Shown here piece after piece: positions 9,322-20,667 of a stretch of DNA of 64,000 nucleotides (its first letter is position 1; each line of letters opens with the position of its first letter). The position numbers and the translations under genes are program-made. The DNA is from Terrimicrobiaceae bacterium (GTDB lineage: Bacteria > Verrucomicrobiota > Verrucomicrobiia > Chthoniobacterales > Terrimicrobiaceae), in the NCBI GenBank assembly GCA_041752695.1, contig JBGSVZ010000092.1, positions 1 through 64,000 on the forward strand, given 5' to 3'. The notes under the pieces are model-generated. The model searched no databases, was not told the DNA's origin, and was given only the letters and a program-made list of their open reading frames with translations.

Positions 9322-10511
9322 TCGGTAGGCAAAATCGGTTCGACCGGGGCGGGGAGGGGGCGCACGTCGCCGCGAACGTTGGTGCGCAAGCGGGGTTGCC
9401 GCACGATGGGAAGTTCGTCGGGCACGATGTCGCGCTTCGGAGGACCGGAGTAGTCGGCCAGCGAGGAGGTTTCCACCTGGGCTTGCAGGCGGCGGCGCAG
9501 GGCGAGTTTTTCGCCGGATTCGGCGCGTTCCGATCCGACGCGCAGGGCGTCGTCACCGACGGTGCCGCGGAGTTCTTCGATGCGGGTCTTGGCCAGTGCC
9601 GCGTCGGGGCTGTTCGGCATCTTGCGGACGATGTCGTTGTAGTAGATGATGGCGGCCTTGTAGTCCTTCGACCAGTCGTAGTACTTCGCGATGGTCATCA
9701 GGTCGCCGGATTCTTTCGCACCGATTTCCACCAGGTTGTCCTTGGCTTGCGGTGCCTTTTCGCTGTTCGGGTATTGCAGAAGAAAATCTTCAAAGGTTTC
9801 CTTGGCCAGGACCAGCGAAGAAAGATCCTGCGACTGGCCGGAAAGGCCCGTGCGCATGTAAATGTAGGCGATCTGGTAGAGCGCGTCGTCGGCCACGTCG
9901 CTGTTGGGATATTTGTCCAGCACGGTCTGGTACGCCTGACGGGCGGCGGGGACCAATTTTTGGCGTTCCAGGGAGAGGCCGAGATTAAATTGCGCGATGG
10001 GCGCGTATTTGCTGTAGGGGGCGTTTTTCAAGATCGCCTCATACATCTGTTGAGCACGCTCGCCACCCGGCAAGACGGGAATGCCGAGAAAATCCATCCG
10101 TTTGCCCTGAAGATATTGGTTGGCAATGATCACCTGCTGGGCCACGGCCTGCTCGAACTCGGGAGTATCCGGATAGCGGGAAATCAGGGTCTGGTATGCG
10201 TCGAAGGCTCTGTTGGAATTGCCCTGCGCGTCGAGCAATTCGGCCACGCGGTATTGCGCTTTTGAAGCAAGGGACGACGCCGGGTAGGTCTTGAGAAAAT
10301 TCCGGTAGGCAGCGAGCGCGGAATTGGTTTGTCCGGATTCGTACAAGTCGTTGGCTGCCGCAAAATATTCCGCCTCCTCCGAGCTGACCGAACTGTTGGC
10401 CCGGGCCGCTCCGGAGCGCTCACGGCCCTCCTGGCTCGGGTTTTGGGCGGCAACGGGCCACACGGACGCGAGCGCGAGAAGGAAAACAGGCGCGGAATTT
10501 CGGAAAAACAT
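9318..10511 (-). CDS. bamD: Outer membrane protein assembly factor BamD (TPR protein)
   Basis: Signal peptide and repeated TPR units with YPxS motifs; C-terminal IAKYY...YKAAIIYYNDIV. Confidence 0.85.
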   Translation of the reverse strand: MFFRNSAPVFLLALASVWPVAAQNPSQEGRERSGAARANSSVSSEEAEYFAAANDLYESGQTNSALAAYRNFLKTYPASSLASKAQYRVAELLDAQGNSNRAFDAYQTLISRYPDTPEFEQAVAQQVIIANQYLQGKRMDFLGIPVLPGGERAQQMYEAILKNAPYSKYAPIAQFNLGLSLERQKLVPAARQAYQTVLDKYPNSDVADDALYQIAYIYMRTGLSGQSQDLSSLVLAKETFEDFLLQYPNSEKAPQAKDNLVEIGAKESGDLMTIAKYYDWSKDYKAAIIYYNDIVRKMPNSPDAALAKTRIEELRGTVGDDALRVGSERAESGEKLALRRRLQAQVETSSLADYSGPPKRDIVPDELPIVRQPRLRTNVRGDVRPLPAPVEPILPTE

Positions 10512-10610
10512 GCAGGCGGCGCACCGTAGGAAACATCGCGGCTGGCGTCAAGCTGCATACTCCCGTGCATCCGACTGGAACTTTCGCTTTCGCGCGGATA
10601 GGCTTTCGCC

Positions 10611-11516
10611 ATGAGGCTCCTCCTTGTTGACGGACACTACTATCTTTACCGTTCCTTTTTTGCCATTCGGGGGCTGACCAACTCCCGGGGCGAGCCGACC
10701 AACGCCATTTACGGGTTCAGCAAAGCTCTGCGCAAAATGATCGCGGATGTGAAGCCCGACCTGGGGGCGGTCATCTGGGATTGCGGCCTGCCGGAACGTC
10801 GGACCACGCTCCAGCCCGCCTACAAACAAAACCGTCCCTCCATGCCTGAGGAGATGCGTAGCCAGGAGACCTGGTTGCAAAAAAACGTGCCCCTGTTTGG
10901 CCCAGCCAGCCTTTTTCTGCCGAACACGGAGGCGGATGATCTTATTGCCTCCTACGCGCTGGCCGCCCAGCGGGTGGGGATCGAGGTGATTGTCGCGACC
11001 AACGACAAGGACATCCTGCAAATCGCGTCGCCCACGATCCGGATTTATTCAACGTCGAAAGCGGATGCCGGAACGGCCAGTCACGTCCTGCTCGGTGAGG
11101 CTGAAGTCCGGGTAAAGTGGGGTGTCGAGCCCGCGCAGATCGGCGACGTGCTGGCGCTCACCGGGGACACCTCTGACAACATTCCCGGCGTGCCCGGCAT
11201 CGGGGAAAAAACCGCCGCCCAACTCATTCGAGATTTTCAGAGCATCAGCGGATTGCTCGAACGCGCCGGGGAAATCAAATCCGACAAGGTCCGGGAAAAA
11301 ATCCTTACCGCCCGCGACCTCATTCTGGCCAACCGTCGGATGGTCGCCCTCGACGACGATCTCCCTCTGCCCATGCCGGTTTCGTCCCTGACCTTGCAGC
11401 CCGACTTTCCCGCCTTGATTGCCGCAGTGCGGGAGTGCGAATTTAAAAGCCTCCTCAAAGAGATTGAAACCGAGGCCTTCGCGCGCACCGTGCCCTCGCA
11501 GGGCGAGTTGTTGTGA
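10611..11516 (+). CDS. Stand-alone 5'-3' exonuclease / flap endonuclease (Pol I N-terminal-like)
   Basis: LLVDGH..YRSFFA, TNAIYGF, YKQNR, EADDLIA, TNDKD, LTGDTSDNIPGVPGIGEKTA; no polymerase domain. Confidence 0.92.
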   Translation: MRLLLVDGHYYLYRSFFAIRGLTNSRGEPTNAIYGFSKALRKMIADVKPDLGAVIWDCGLPERRTTLQPAYKQNRPSMPEEMRSQETWLQKNVPLFGPASLFLPNTEADDLIASYALAAQRVGIEVIVATNDKDILQIASPTIRIYSTSKADAGTASHVLLGEAEVRVKWGVEPAQIGDVLALTGDTSDNIPGVPGIGEKTAAQLIRDFQSISGLLERAGEIKSDKVREKILTARDLILANRRMVALDDDLPLPMPVSSLTLQPDFPALIAAVRECEFKSLLKEIETEAFARTVPSQGELL

Positions 11517-11543
11517 CGGGATCCCGCTCCGCCGACCACGGGT

Positions 11544-11738
11544 CTATTTCGCGTCCTCTTCCAGGTCCTCCAACTCCTGCAAATCCTCCACCGTCAGTGG
11601 ACTGGCCAGTTTATACTCTTCACCCAGCCATTTGCCGAGGTCGACCATTTTGCATCGCTCGGAACAGAAGGGGCCGAAAGGCTGGTTGAACCATTCGCCT
11701 TTTTGCTGACAGATCGGGCAGGGAGTCTCGCGGGACAT
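11544..11738 (-). CDS. yacG: DNA gyrase inhibitor YacG
   Basis: CPIC...PFCSERCKMVDLGKWL zinc finger. Confidence 0.9.
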   Translation of the reverse strand: MSRETPCPICQQKGEWFNQPFGPFCSERCKMVDLGKWLGEEYKLASPLTVEDLQELEDLEEDAK

Positions 11739-11820
11739 GGAAGCATCTTCCATCCTGCAGTTTGAGCGTCAAGGGGCGAGAGATGATCGTTGCCATCCCA
11801 TCGGCCGGCACCATCCGGCT

Positions 11821-11849
11821 TTGACGCGAACCACGATATCCTCTATCGT
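11821..11849 (+). promoter_or_regulatory. Sigma70-like promoter with overlapping palindrome ACGAT-N7-ATCGT (candidate Rrf2 operator)
   Basis: TTGACG (11821)-17 nt-TATCGT (11844); palindrome at 11833-11849. Confidence 0.6.
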
Positions 11850-11857
11850 TTTACCCC

Positions 11858-12313
11858 ATGCAACTTTCCATGCGCACGGATTATGCGCTTCGCGCCTTAT
11901 TCACTTTGGTCGATCATCATGGCGGACTGCCCATCCCGATCATCGAACTGGCCCGGCGCAACGATATTCCCAAGCGGTTCCTGGAACATATCATGCTCGA
12001 CCTCAAAGAGCGTGGCTGGGTGGATAGCGTGGCCGGCAAGAAGGGCGGATATCGCCTTTCGAAAAGTCCGGAACGCATCACCATGGGCGAAGTGGTGCGA
12101 CATTTCGACGGGTACCTCGCGCCCATCGCCTGCGTCTCCGTCACTGACTACAAACGCTGCACCCAGGAACCCGTCTGCCGGTTTCGCCGCGTCATGCTCG
12201 AGGCCCGCAATGTGGTCGCCCGCCTCATGGACTCCTGCACGCTGGCCGATGTCATGCGCGGTGCTCCCGTCTCCTCCCATGAGGTACAGGGCCTTGATGG
12301 CGAGGGAATATAA
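11858..12313 (+). CDS. Rrf2 family transcriptional regulator (CymR/IscR-like)
   Basis: TDYALRAL, IPKRFLEHI, GKKGGYRL; three Cys in IACVS...RC...VC; C-terminus LDGEGI. Confidence 0.92.
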   Translation: MQLSMRTDYALRALFTLVDHHGGLPIPIIELARRNDIPKRFLEHIMLDLKERGWVDSVAGKKGGYRLSKSPERITMGEVVRHFDGYLAPIACVSVTDYKRCTQEPVCRFRRVMLEARNVVARLMDSCTLADVMRGAPVSSHEVQGLDGEGI

Positions 12314-12341
12314 ATAACGATCGCTTTAGGCGTTGTTTTGT

Positions 12342-12374
12342 TTGACAGGCTTGAAAGACGACGTTATCGGTCGT
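12342..12374 (+). promoter_or_regulatory. Sigma70-like promoter with overlapping palindrome ACGAC-N7-GTCGT (candidate Rrf2 operator)
   Basis: TTGACA (12342)-17 nt-TATCGG (12365); palindrome at 12358-12374. Confidence 0.6.
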
Positions 12375-12376
12375 GA

Positions 12377-13369
12377 ATGAAAATTACTTCTTTTCTTGTC
12401 TTGGCCGCCACGGTGGGAACTGTCCTTGCGAAGGACGTAACCCTGCTGAATGTTTCCTACGATCCGACCCGCGAGCTTTATGCGGAGTTCAACGAAGCCT
12501 TCGCGAAACACTGGAAGGAAAAGACCGGTGATACGCTGAAGGTGGATCAGTCGCACGGGGGTTCCGGCAAACAGGCCCGGGCGATCATTGATGGGCTGGA
12601 GGCCGATGTGGCCACTCTGGCGCTGGCGGCGGATCTCAATGCGCTGCACGAGAAGGGCGGCCTCATCCCGGCGGACTGGCAAAAAAGCCTGCCCAATAAC
12701 AGTACGCCCTACACCTCGACGATTGTGTTTCTGGTTCGGAAGGGCAACCCGAAGGGCATCAAAGATTGGAACGACCTCATCAAGCCCGGGGTGGAGGTGA
12801 TTACGCCGAACCCGAAAACTTCGGGCGGAGCGCAGTGGAATTTTCTGGCGGCCTGGGCGTACGCTCTGAAGCACAACAACAACGATCCGGCCAAGGCGAA
12901 GGAGTTTGTCAGTGCGCTGTACAAAAACGTCCCGGTGCTCGATTCCGGTGCCCGCGGTTCGACCGTCACCTTCACCCAACGCGGACTTGGTGACGTCCTC
13001 CTGGCCTGGGAAAATGAGGCGTATTTGTCGCTGAAGGAGACTCCCGGCGAGTTCGAAATCGTCACACCGTCACTTAGCATCGTCGCGGAGCCCCCGGTGA
13101 CGGTGGTGGACAAGAACGCGGAAAAACACGGGACGAAGGAGGTGGCCACCGCATACCTCAAATACCTCTACACCGACGAGGGTCAGGAAATTGCCGCGAA
13201 AAATTTTTACCGCCCCAGCAATCCCGACATTGCGAAGAAATATGCCGACAAGTTTGCCCAACTCGAACTCATCACCATCGATGGCATTTTCGGGGGATGG
13301 AAAAATGTCAGCAAACCCTATTTCGGGGACGGTGGGATCTTCGACGAAATTTACCTCAGCAAAAAATAA
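12377..13369 (+). CDS. sbp: Sulfate ABC transporter substrate-binding protein
   Basis: [53 protein letters not shown]. Confidence 0.95.
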   Translation: MKITSFLVLAATVGTVLAKDVTLLNVSYDPTRELYAEFNEAFAKHWKEKTGDTLKVDQSHGGSGKQARAIIDGLEADVATLALAADLNALHEKGGLIPADWQKSLPNNSTPYTSTIVFLVRKGNPKGIKDWNDLIKPGVEVITPNPKTSGGAQWNFLAAWAYALKHNNNDPAKAKEFVSALYKNVPVLDSGARGSTVTFTQRGLGDVLLAWENEAYLSLKETPGEFEIVTPSLSIVAEPPVTVVDKNAEKHGTKEVATAYLKYLYTDEGQEIAAKNFYRPSNPDIAKKYADKFAQLELITIDGIFGGWKNVSKPYFGDGGIFDEIYLSKK

Positions 13370-13371
13370 TC

Positions 13372-14330
<959 letters not shown>

Positions 14331-14334
<4 letters not shown>

Positions 14335-15320
14335 TGAAGGCCGGGCTCCTGGCTCTGTTTCTGGCAGCCCCCGCTCTCGCGGCCCCGCCAGACATCCTGA
14401 ATGTGTCGTATGATGTCACCCGGGAGTTTTATCTCGAGTACAACGCAGCCTTTGCCAAGGCCTGGCAGGAAAAATCCGGCAAGGCGGTGACCGTGGACCT
14501 CTCCAATGGGGGCTCCAGCAAACAGGCCCGGTCGGTCATCGACGGTTTGCAGGCCGACGTGGTTACCATGAATCAGGAGAGCGACGTTGAGGCCATCGTG
14601 AAGGCCGGCTTGATTGCGCCGGAGTGGAAAAAGCGGTTTCCGGACAATTCTGCGCCCTACACTTCGACGATTGTTTATCTCGTTCGGAAAGGCAATCCCA
14701 AGGGAATTCGAGACTGGAGCGATCTGGTGAAACCCGGAGTATCCGTGATCGTCCCCAATCCGAAGACCTCGGGAAACGGCCGTTACAGCTACCTCGCGGC
14801 CTGGGCCTACGCAAAAAGTCTGCCGGCCGGCGACGACGCGAGCGCCTCGACATTTGTCAGGGCACTTTTCCAAAACGTGCCCTTATTAGAGACCGGCGGA
14901 CGGGCCGCCACCAACGCATTTGTCCAAAAAGAAATTGGCGATGTCCTGCTCACTTTTGAGAGTGAAGTTCTGCAGATCACCCGGGTTTTCAGTCGTGACC
15001 AGTTTGACGTGGTCTATCCCCCGTCCAGCATCCTGGCCGAGGCTCCTGTCAGTGTGGTGGACACCGTGGTGGACCAGCGCGACTCGCGAACGCATGCCAC
15101 CGCCTATTTGGAATACCTCTGGTCGGACGAGGGCCAGACGTTGGCGGTAAAGCATTACTTCCGTCCCCGTGCGGAGAAGCTCCTGGCGGAAAATGCGTCC
15201 CTCTTTCCGGCCATCAAGTTGGCCACAGTGGATTCGGTTTTCGGCGGCTGGCCAGCCGCCCAAAAGGCGCACTTTGTCGACGGTGGGATTTTCGACCAGA
15301 TTTATCAGACGAGAAAATGA
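14331..15320 (+). CDS. cysP: Second sulfate/thiosulfate-binding protein (CysP-like)
   Basis: [40 protein letters not shown]; these residues are typical of the CysP branch. Confidence 0.8.
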
Positions 15321-16132
15321 CGCCCGTGTCCGACCTGAATCGACCTTCTACGAAGGAACGGCGCCAGATCCGCCCGCTCCTGCGTCCCTTGGACGAACTG
15401 GCGCGTGGTTCCTCGCATCTGTTTGCCGCGCATTTGCCCTATAGCGATTCTTTGGGGCTGGTTCGCAGTCTGCCGAAATACCTTTTCGCCGGACCGGGCG
15501 ATGCCCGGAGTTATTTGCGCGTCGGAATCTTCTCCGGCATCCACGGCGATGAGGAAAGTGGCGTGCTGGCCGCCGTCGATCTTTTGGAGCGTCTGCTGGA
15601 AAATCCCGAACTGGCGCGTGGGTATGAGGTGTTTGTCTATCCGGTGGTGAATCCCTCCGGCTATACGGAGAATTCCCGTTGGTCGCGCAGTGGCCTGGAT
15701 CTCAACCGGGAGTTCTGGAAAGACTCCCCTGAGGTCGAGGTCCAGGTGCTGGAACGCCAACTGACTCGTCTCCAATTTGCCGGTCTGATTGCGTTGCATA
15801 GCGACGACACCAGCGAGGGGCTTTATGGTTTTGTCAAAGGGCATGAACTCACCCGCCATGTCCTCGAACCGGCTCTGGAGGCGGCTGGACGGGTCCTTCC
15901 CCGCAACTTCGACAAAAGCATCGACAATTTTGTGGCCAACAACGGGATCATCGAACGGGGCTACCCGGGAATTCTTTCCGCGCCTCCGACCCAGACGCCA
16001 AAACCGTTTGAAATCGTCTTCGAAACTCCCCACCGCGCGCCTTTGGAGAAACAGGTGGAGGCTCACGCGATTGCCGTCCTGGCCATCCTGGACCATTTCC
16101 GAGTGCTCATCTCGCAGGGTCAGGATATCTGA
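15317..16132 (+). CDS. M14-like zinc carboxypeptidase / succinylglutamate desuccinylase-aspartoacylase family
   Basis: GIHGDE, PVVNPSG, DLNREF, ALHSD, FETP. Confidence 0.85.
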   Translation: MTPVSDLNRPSTKERRQIRPLLRPLDELARGSSHLFAAHLPYSDSLGLVRSLPKYLFAGPGDARSYLRVGIFSGIHGDEESGVLAAVDLLERLLENPELARGYEVFVYPVVNPSGYTENSRWSRSGLDLNREFWKDSPEVEVQVLERQLTRLQFAGLIALHSDDTSEGLYGFVKGHELTRHVLEPALEAAGRVLPRNFDKSIDNFVANNGIIERGYPGILSAPPTQTPKPFEIVFETPHRAPLEKQVEAHAIAVLAILDHFRVLISQGQDI

Positions 16133-16162
16133 CGCTCCCGATTTCCATCGGACGCCGCCGTC

Positions 16163-16558
16163 CTAAGTCTGCGGGGGGCCGGGCAGAGCCGATCCGTCCT
16201 TGCCAGCCTTTTGCTGCTCGGAAAAGGCGGTGAGTCCACCGGCGAGAGAAGCGACGTTCGTGTAGCCCATCTTTTGCAGAGTGTCGGCCGCAAGCGCGCT
16301 GCGATTGCCTCCCGTGCAGTAACAGACGATGGCGGTGGTTTTGTCGGGAAGGACGTCGGTGATGCGCATTTCCAAAACGCCGCGGCTCAGATGTTTGGCA
16401 CCCGTGAGATGGCTACGCGAGAACTCTTCCTTTTCCCGAATGTCCAGCAGGATGGCACCGGTCGCGACGCGCCGGGCGGCTTCCGTGAAATTGATTTCGG
16501 TAATGCGGGAGCGAGCGTCATCGGCAAGGCGGACAAAATCGGGTGACGGTAAGGCCAT
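16163..16558 (-). CDS. Rhodanese-like sulfurtransferase
   Basis: LDIREKEEF..HL.GA, active-site loop YCTGGNRS, SLAGG. Confidence 0.9.
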   Translation of the reverse strand: MALPSPDFVRLADDARSRITEINFTEAARRVATGAILLDIREKEEFSRSHLTGAKHLSRGVLEMRITDVLPDKTTAIVCYCTGGNRSALAADTLQKMGYTNVASLAGGLTAFSEQQKAGKDGSALPGPPQT

Positions 16559-16682
16559 GGGAAGCACTGAAAACGGGACGGCCGCCGGGGTCAAGCGGCT
16601 CTTCCACGGAAGAGTCCAAAAATCGCGACGTGGACAGGCTTGCCGCGCCTCAGGCTCCCTTTCAGGATGCGCTTCTTGAAAG

Positions 16683-17264
16683 ATGAACGAAAGATTCGAC
16701 GAAGCGATCCGGCGGTTTGACGCGGAGAACAGCCGGGATCCTCATTTTGAGGAAGCGGAGGGGGGGCGACACCCTCGCGAGCTGTTGTACGCCAAAAGGC
16801 TCACGGAATGGGTGCAGAGACTGTCGCCCCAAGCCTCCGAGGTGCTGCGGCTGGCCGCGAGGTGTCAGCATTTGTGCCGTTGGGAAATTCCCCGTTCTGC
16901 GTACGAAATGACCCGGGCCGGCTATTTACGCTGGCGGGCGGAGCTGAAGGAGTTTCATGCAAAAAAGTCCGGGGAGATCCTTCGCGAGGTGGGTTATGGC
17001 GAGGACGTGATTGGGGCGGTGCAGGATCTGAATCGGAAGAAAAACCTCGGACGCGATCCGGATTGCCAGGTGCTCGAAGACGCTCTCTGTCTGGTTACCC
17101 TGCAATATCAATTGGGCGACCTGGTGCGCAAAACCGATCCGGAAAAATTGGTGGGAATTCTCCAGAAAACCTGGAAAAAGATGTCCTCATCGGCCAGGGC
17201 AGAAGCCCTCGAACTGCCCTTTTCGGAGGCGGAAAAAGCGCTGATCAGCCGGGCGTTGGGTTGA
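16683..17264 (+). CDS. DUF4202 family protein
   Basis: DAENSRDP, ELLY, LAARCQHLCRWEIPR..Y..TRAGYL.WR, QVLEDALCLV, KTWKKMS. Confidence 0.85.
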   Translation: MNERFDEAIRRFDAENSRDPHFEEAEGGRHPRELLYAKRLTEWVQRLSPQASEVLRLAARCQHLCRWEIPRSAYEMTRAGYLRWRAELKEFHAKKSGEILREVGYGEDVIGAVQDLNRKKNLGRDPDCQVLEDALCLVTLQYQLGDLVRKTDPEKLVGILQKTWKKMSSSARAEALELPFSEAEKALISRALG

Positions 17265-17328
17265 AGGGTAAATGCGACGGAGCGTCTGCCGTCGAAGATT
17301 TCGCGCCGCCGGGTCCCGGCGGAAAAAA

Positions 17329-19617
17329 TCAAAACTGGGCGCTGGCACGTTCCAAAGTTTTGGCGAGCACTCCCTGTTTGAGCGGTTTGGTGAGGTAGTC
17401 GTCCATGCCCGCATCGAAACATCGCTGACGTTCCTCCGGCATGACGTCGGCGGTGAGGGCGGCGATGAAGGGAGGCCTGCCCTCGCTGTCCATCGCGCGG
17501 ATGAGCTTGGTCGCTTCGATGCCGTCCATTTCCGGCATGTGCAGGTCCATCAAAATGCAGTTGGGATTATGCGTGGCAAAAATCTCCAGCGCCTGGCGCC
17601 CGTCGCTGGCAACCAGGGTGGAGTAGCCAAGACCCCGCAGAATGCGCACCAGGAGTTTGCGGTTCACGGCATCGTCTTCCGCGACGAGAATGCTGAGCGG
17701 ATGGGAGGTGGCAAAATCCCCATCGGTGACAAATTTGGGCTCGGGGAGGGCCGGCGGCAGAATCAAATGAACCTGCTGGAGCGGGATGGAAAATTGGAAG
17801 TTGCTGCCCGCTCCCGGAGTGCTTGCCACGGTCAACGTTCCGCCCATTTTTTCGACGAAACGTTTGGAAATACTAAGTCCAAGCCCCGTGCCACCGAAGC
17901 GGCGGGTGAGGCTGTTGTCGGCTTGAATAAAGGGTTCAAAGATGCAGGCAATCTGCGAGGCGGAAATTCCCATGCCCGTGTCCCGCACAAAAAATTCATA
18001 CGGTCCGTCGTCGGCGATCTGCCGGACTCCGAGGACGATGCTGCCTCGTGAGGTGAACTTTATGGCGTTGCCCACCAGGTTGAGCAGCACTTGCTGCAGT
18101 CGGTCCACCGCACCTTCGAACCGATCGGGAAGCTGGGGCGCGATTTGGGTTTCCAGCAGCAGCCCCTTGTGGTGGGCGGCCGGTCGCATCAGGTCGCTGA
18201 CACTGGACAGCATACGCCGCAGCGAAAAGGGCACGGTTTCGATGCGCAGATGGCCGGCCTCCAGTCGGCTGTAGTCGAGAATATCGTCCAGGATGCGGAG
18301 CAGGGCGCTGCCGCTGCGCCGGATGGTGTGAACGTAGTCGCGGTCCTGGGGGTTGAGTTCGGACTCCGACAGCAGATCGGCAAAGCCCAGGACCCCATTC
18401 ATGGGGGTCCGGATTTCGTGGCTCATCGCCGCCAGAAACTCGCTCTTCGCCCGTTCCGCCGCCTGCGCCTTGCGGGTGAGTTCCTTGGCCGAATCGAGGG
18501 CCAGTTGAAGCCGATCCTCGGTTTCCTTGCGGGAGGTGATGTCGTGCAAGATGCCGGAGAGTCGGACGGGTGTGCCCGCCGCATCGCGCTCGACGATTTT
18601 GGTGCGCTCCAGCACCCAATGCAGTGAACCGTCCTTGGCGCGCATCCGATACTCCACCTCGAAAAGGGCTGCTCGGCCCTCGAAGTACCGGGTCTGCGCA
18701 TCCGTGATGGCGGCTTGATCTTCCGGAGGAATCAGGCTGTCCCAAAACTCCAGCGTCTGCTCGACCTCGTCGTCGCGGTAGCCCAACAGACGGCGCCAGT
18801 TTTCATCGAACAAGATCCGGCCGCTGGGAATGTGCCAGTCCGAGATACTCATTTCCGCACCGCTCAGCGCAAGTTTGAGAAACTGGCGGTTTTCCTCCAA
18901 CGCCTCGGCGGCACGGCGCAGTTCGGTGATATCCTGAAAGGTCCCAAATACCCGTTTGATATGTCCGTCCTCACATTCCGCCTCTCCGATCGTCCGGACC
19001 CAGAGATTGCGCCCTTTCGCGGTGGTGAATCCAAGCTCAAGGTCGTAGGGCGTGCCGTCGCGCGCACACTGTCGCACCGCCTCGCGAATGGTGCTTTGAC
19101 CCTCCGGCGTGTAAAAGTTCACCGCTTGGTTAAGGTTGGGGTCGAAGGTTACCGGCACATCATGGATGCGATAAACCTCCTCGCTCCACGTAATGCGGAA
19201 ATCGGGCAGCTCCACGCTCCATGCTCCCAGCCGGCCCATCCTGCCGGCGATGCGCAGCAGGTCCTGATTTTTGCGCAGGTTTCGTTCCGTCTGTTTGTGT
19301 ACGGTGATGTCAAAGACCGAGAGGGTGAGGCGTGAACCAGTCGCGTAGGCGTGCACCCCAAACCATTGGTCGCCCCGTTCGTCCCTCCGACGAATTTCGA
19401 TGGTGTCGGGCCGCCCAGTTTCCATCACGGCGATGCACCGGATGAAGGTTTCGGTTTCCGCGGATTCCGGGGCGATTTCCGTCCAAGAAAGGCCCATGAT
19501 GTCCCAGGCGGATTTTTCGGGCCCATGATAGTCCGCGATGAGGAAATCCCTGATTCGGCCATCGCCTTCGCGCACCACGTCGGCCACCCAGAGCCCCTCG
19601 CATGTCGGGCTGAACAT
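17329..19617 (-). CDS. Cytoplasmic PAS-domain hybrid sensor histidine kinase
   Basis: Multiple PAS/PAC units; [40 protein letters not shown]; receiver domain VAEDD...[12 protein letters not shown]...LTKP. Confidence 0.93.
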   Translation of the reverse strand: MFSPTCEGLWVADVVREGDGRIRDFLIADYHGPEKSAWDIMGLSWTEIAPESAETETFIRCIAVMETGRPDTIEIRRRDERGDQWFGVHAYATGSRLTLSVFDITVHKQTERNLRKNQDLLRIAGRMGRLGAWSVELPDFRITWSEEVYRIHDVPVTFDPNLNQAVNFYTPEGQSTIREAVRQCARDGTPYDLELGFTTAKGRNLWVRTIGEAECEDGHIKRVFGTFQDITELRRAAEALEENRQFLKLALSGAEMSISDWHIPSGRILFDENWRRLLGYRDDEVEQTLEFWDSLIPPEDQAAITDAQTRYFEGRAALFEVEYRMRAKDGSLHWVLERTKIVERDAAGTPVRLSGILHDITSRKETEDRLQLALDSAKELTRKAQAAERAKSEFLAAMSHEIRTPMNGVLGFADLLSESELNPQDRDYVHTIRRSGSALLRILDDILDYSRLEAGHLRIETVPFSLRRMLSSVSDLMRPAAHHKGLLLETQIAPQLPDRFEGAVDRLQQVLLNLVGNAIKFTSRGSIVLGVRQIADDGPYEFFVRDTGMGISASQIACIFEPFIQADNSLTRRFGGTGLGLSISKRFVEKMGGTLTVASTPGAGSNFQFSIPLQQVHLILPPALPEPKFVTDGDFATSHPLSILVAEDDAVNRKLLVRILRGLGYSTLVASDGRQALEIFATHNPNCILMDLHMPEMDGIEATKLIRAMDSEGRPPFIAALTADVMPEERQRCFDAGMDDYLTKPLKQGVLAKTLERASAQF

Positions 19618-19679
19618 AAAAAGGGTTTAGCAGATCAGAACCCTCCGGCGCACGCCTAAAATCACTCTCGTGACGGAAG

Positions 19680-19727
19680 AAATGCAAATACATTGCATTT
19701 GCATCTTTACATGCAACTCGCATGCAA
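19680..19727 (+). promoter_or_regulatory. Fur-family-like operator array
   Basis: AAATGCAA-ATACA-TTGCATTT (19680-19700) followed by a second related copy ATGCAACTCGCATGCAA. Confidence 0.6.
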
Positions 19728-19760
19728 GTATGACGCGTCTTCGAAATTTTTGATTTACCT

Positions 19761-20663
19761 ATGAAACACCATTTTTCGCTTCTGCTCTTTGTTTCCCTGG
19801 CACTTTCTTGCCCTGCCCTCGCCCACGGCCCGGGAGGCCATCGGCACAAGGTCGAGGAGGAACATGACCATTCGGCAGAATCCTCGGAGAGCGGCAAATC
19901 GTTCAAGGCCGGTCATGACCACGACGAATCCTCGCGCTGGTGGGGGGCCAGTCTCGATGCGGGTTGGGAAAGTCGTCACATCCACTACGGGGTGAACGAA
20001 ACCGGCAATTCCGGGGCCTACACGACGGAGGTCTCCGTTTGGATGAAGGATCTGATGTTCAGTGTCTGGTCGGGCTTTGGCACGGGAAGTGATTACCAGG
20101 AGTGGGATTTTACGCTGGCTTATAACTTTGACCTCGGCCCGGTGTTTTTTATTCCGGGCTATAACTTTCGCTACACACCCGGCATCGTAGAAGAGGGGCA
20201 CGCAGAGGAGGAAGGTCACCAGGACAATCATGAGGAAAATGAGGAACACCACGAGCATGACCCTGATAGCCACGGGCATGCCCACAAAACCTTTGGCAAT
20301 GAGCTGTTCTTTGTCCTCGGGACAGACCGTGTCCCTTACGTCACGCCGAACGTGGTTTTCATCTGGGATCTCAACAACACCCCTGGCGCCTTCATGGAAG
20401 TTCGCCTCGATGGGGACATCCCGCTCTGGAAAGACGTTCTCAGCCTCCAGCCTTACGCGTTGCTGGGCCTGAACTTCGGGTACAACACAACGGCCTATTA
20501 TGGGTGGAACAATTTCCAGTTCGGCCTCGAAGCCAGTTGGAAAATCCATAAAACCGTGAGGGTGTTCGGCGGGGTGAATTATAGCGTCGCTCTGCCTGCG
20601 CTCGAGGAGATCGGGCAGGGCAACGAAGTGTGGGCCAACGCGGGAATCTCGTTCTCGTATTAG
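19761..20663 (+). CDS. His-rich putative outer-membrane beta-barrel protein
   Basis: Signal peptide, two His/Glu-rich tracts, alternating amphipathic strands, C-terminal GISFSY. Confidence 0.75.
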   Translation: MKHHFSLLLFVSLALSCPALAHGPGGHRHKVEEEHDHSAESSESGKSFKAGHDHDESSRWWGASLDAGWESRHIHYGVNETGNSGAYTTEVSVWMKDLMFSVWSGFGTGSDYQEWDFTLAYNFDLGPVFFIPGYNFRYTPGIVEEGHAEEEGHQDNHEENEEHHEHDPDSHGHAHKTFGNELFFVLGTDRVPYVTPNVVFIWDLNNTPGAFMEVRLDGDIPLWKDVLSLQPYALLGLNFGYNTTAYYGWNNFQFGLEASWKIHKTVRVFGGVNYSVALPALEEIGQGNEVWANAGISFSY

Positions 20664-20667
20664 CGGT

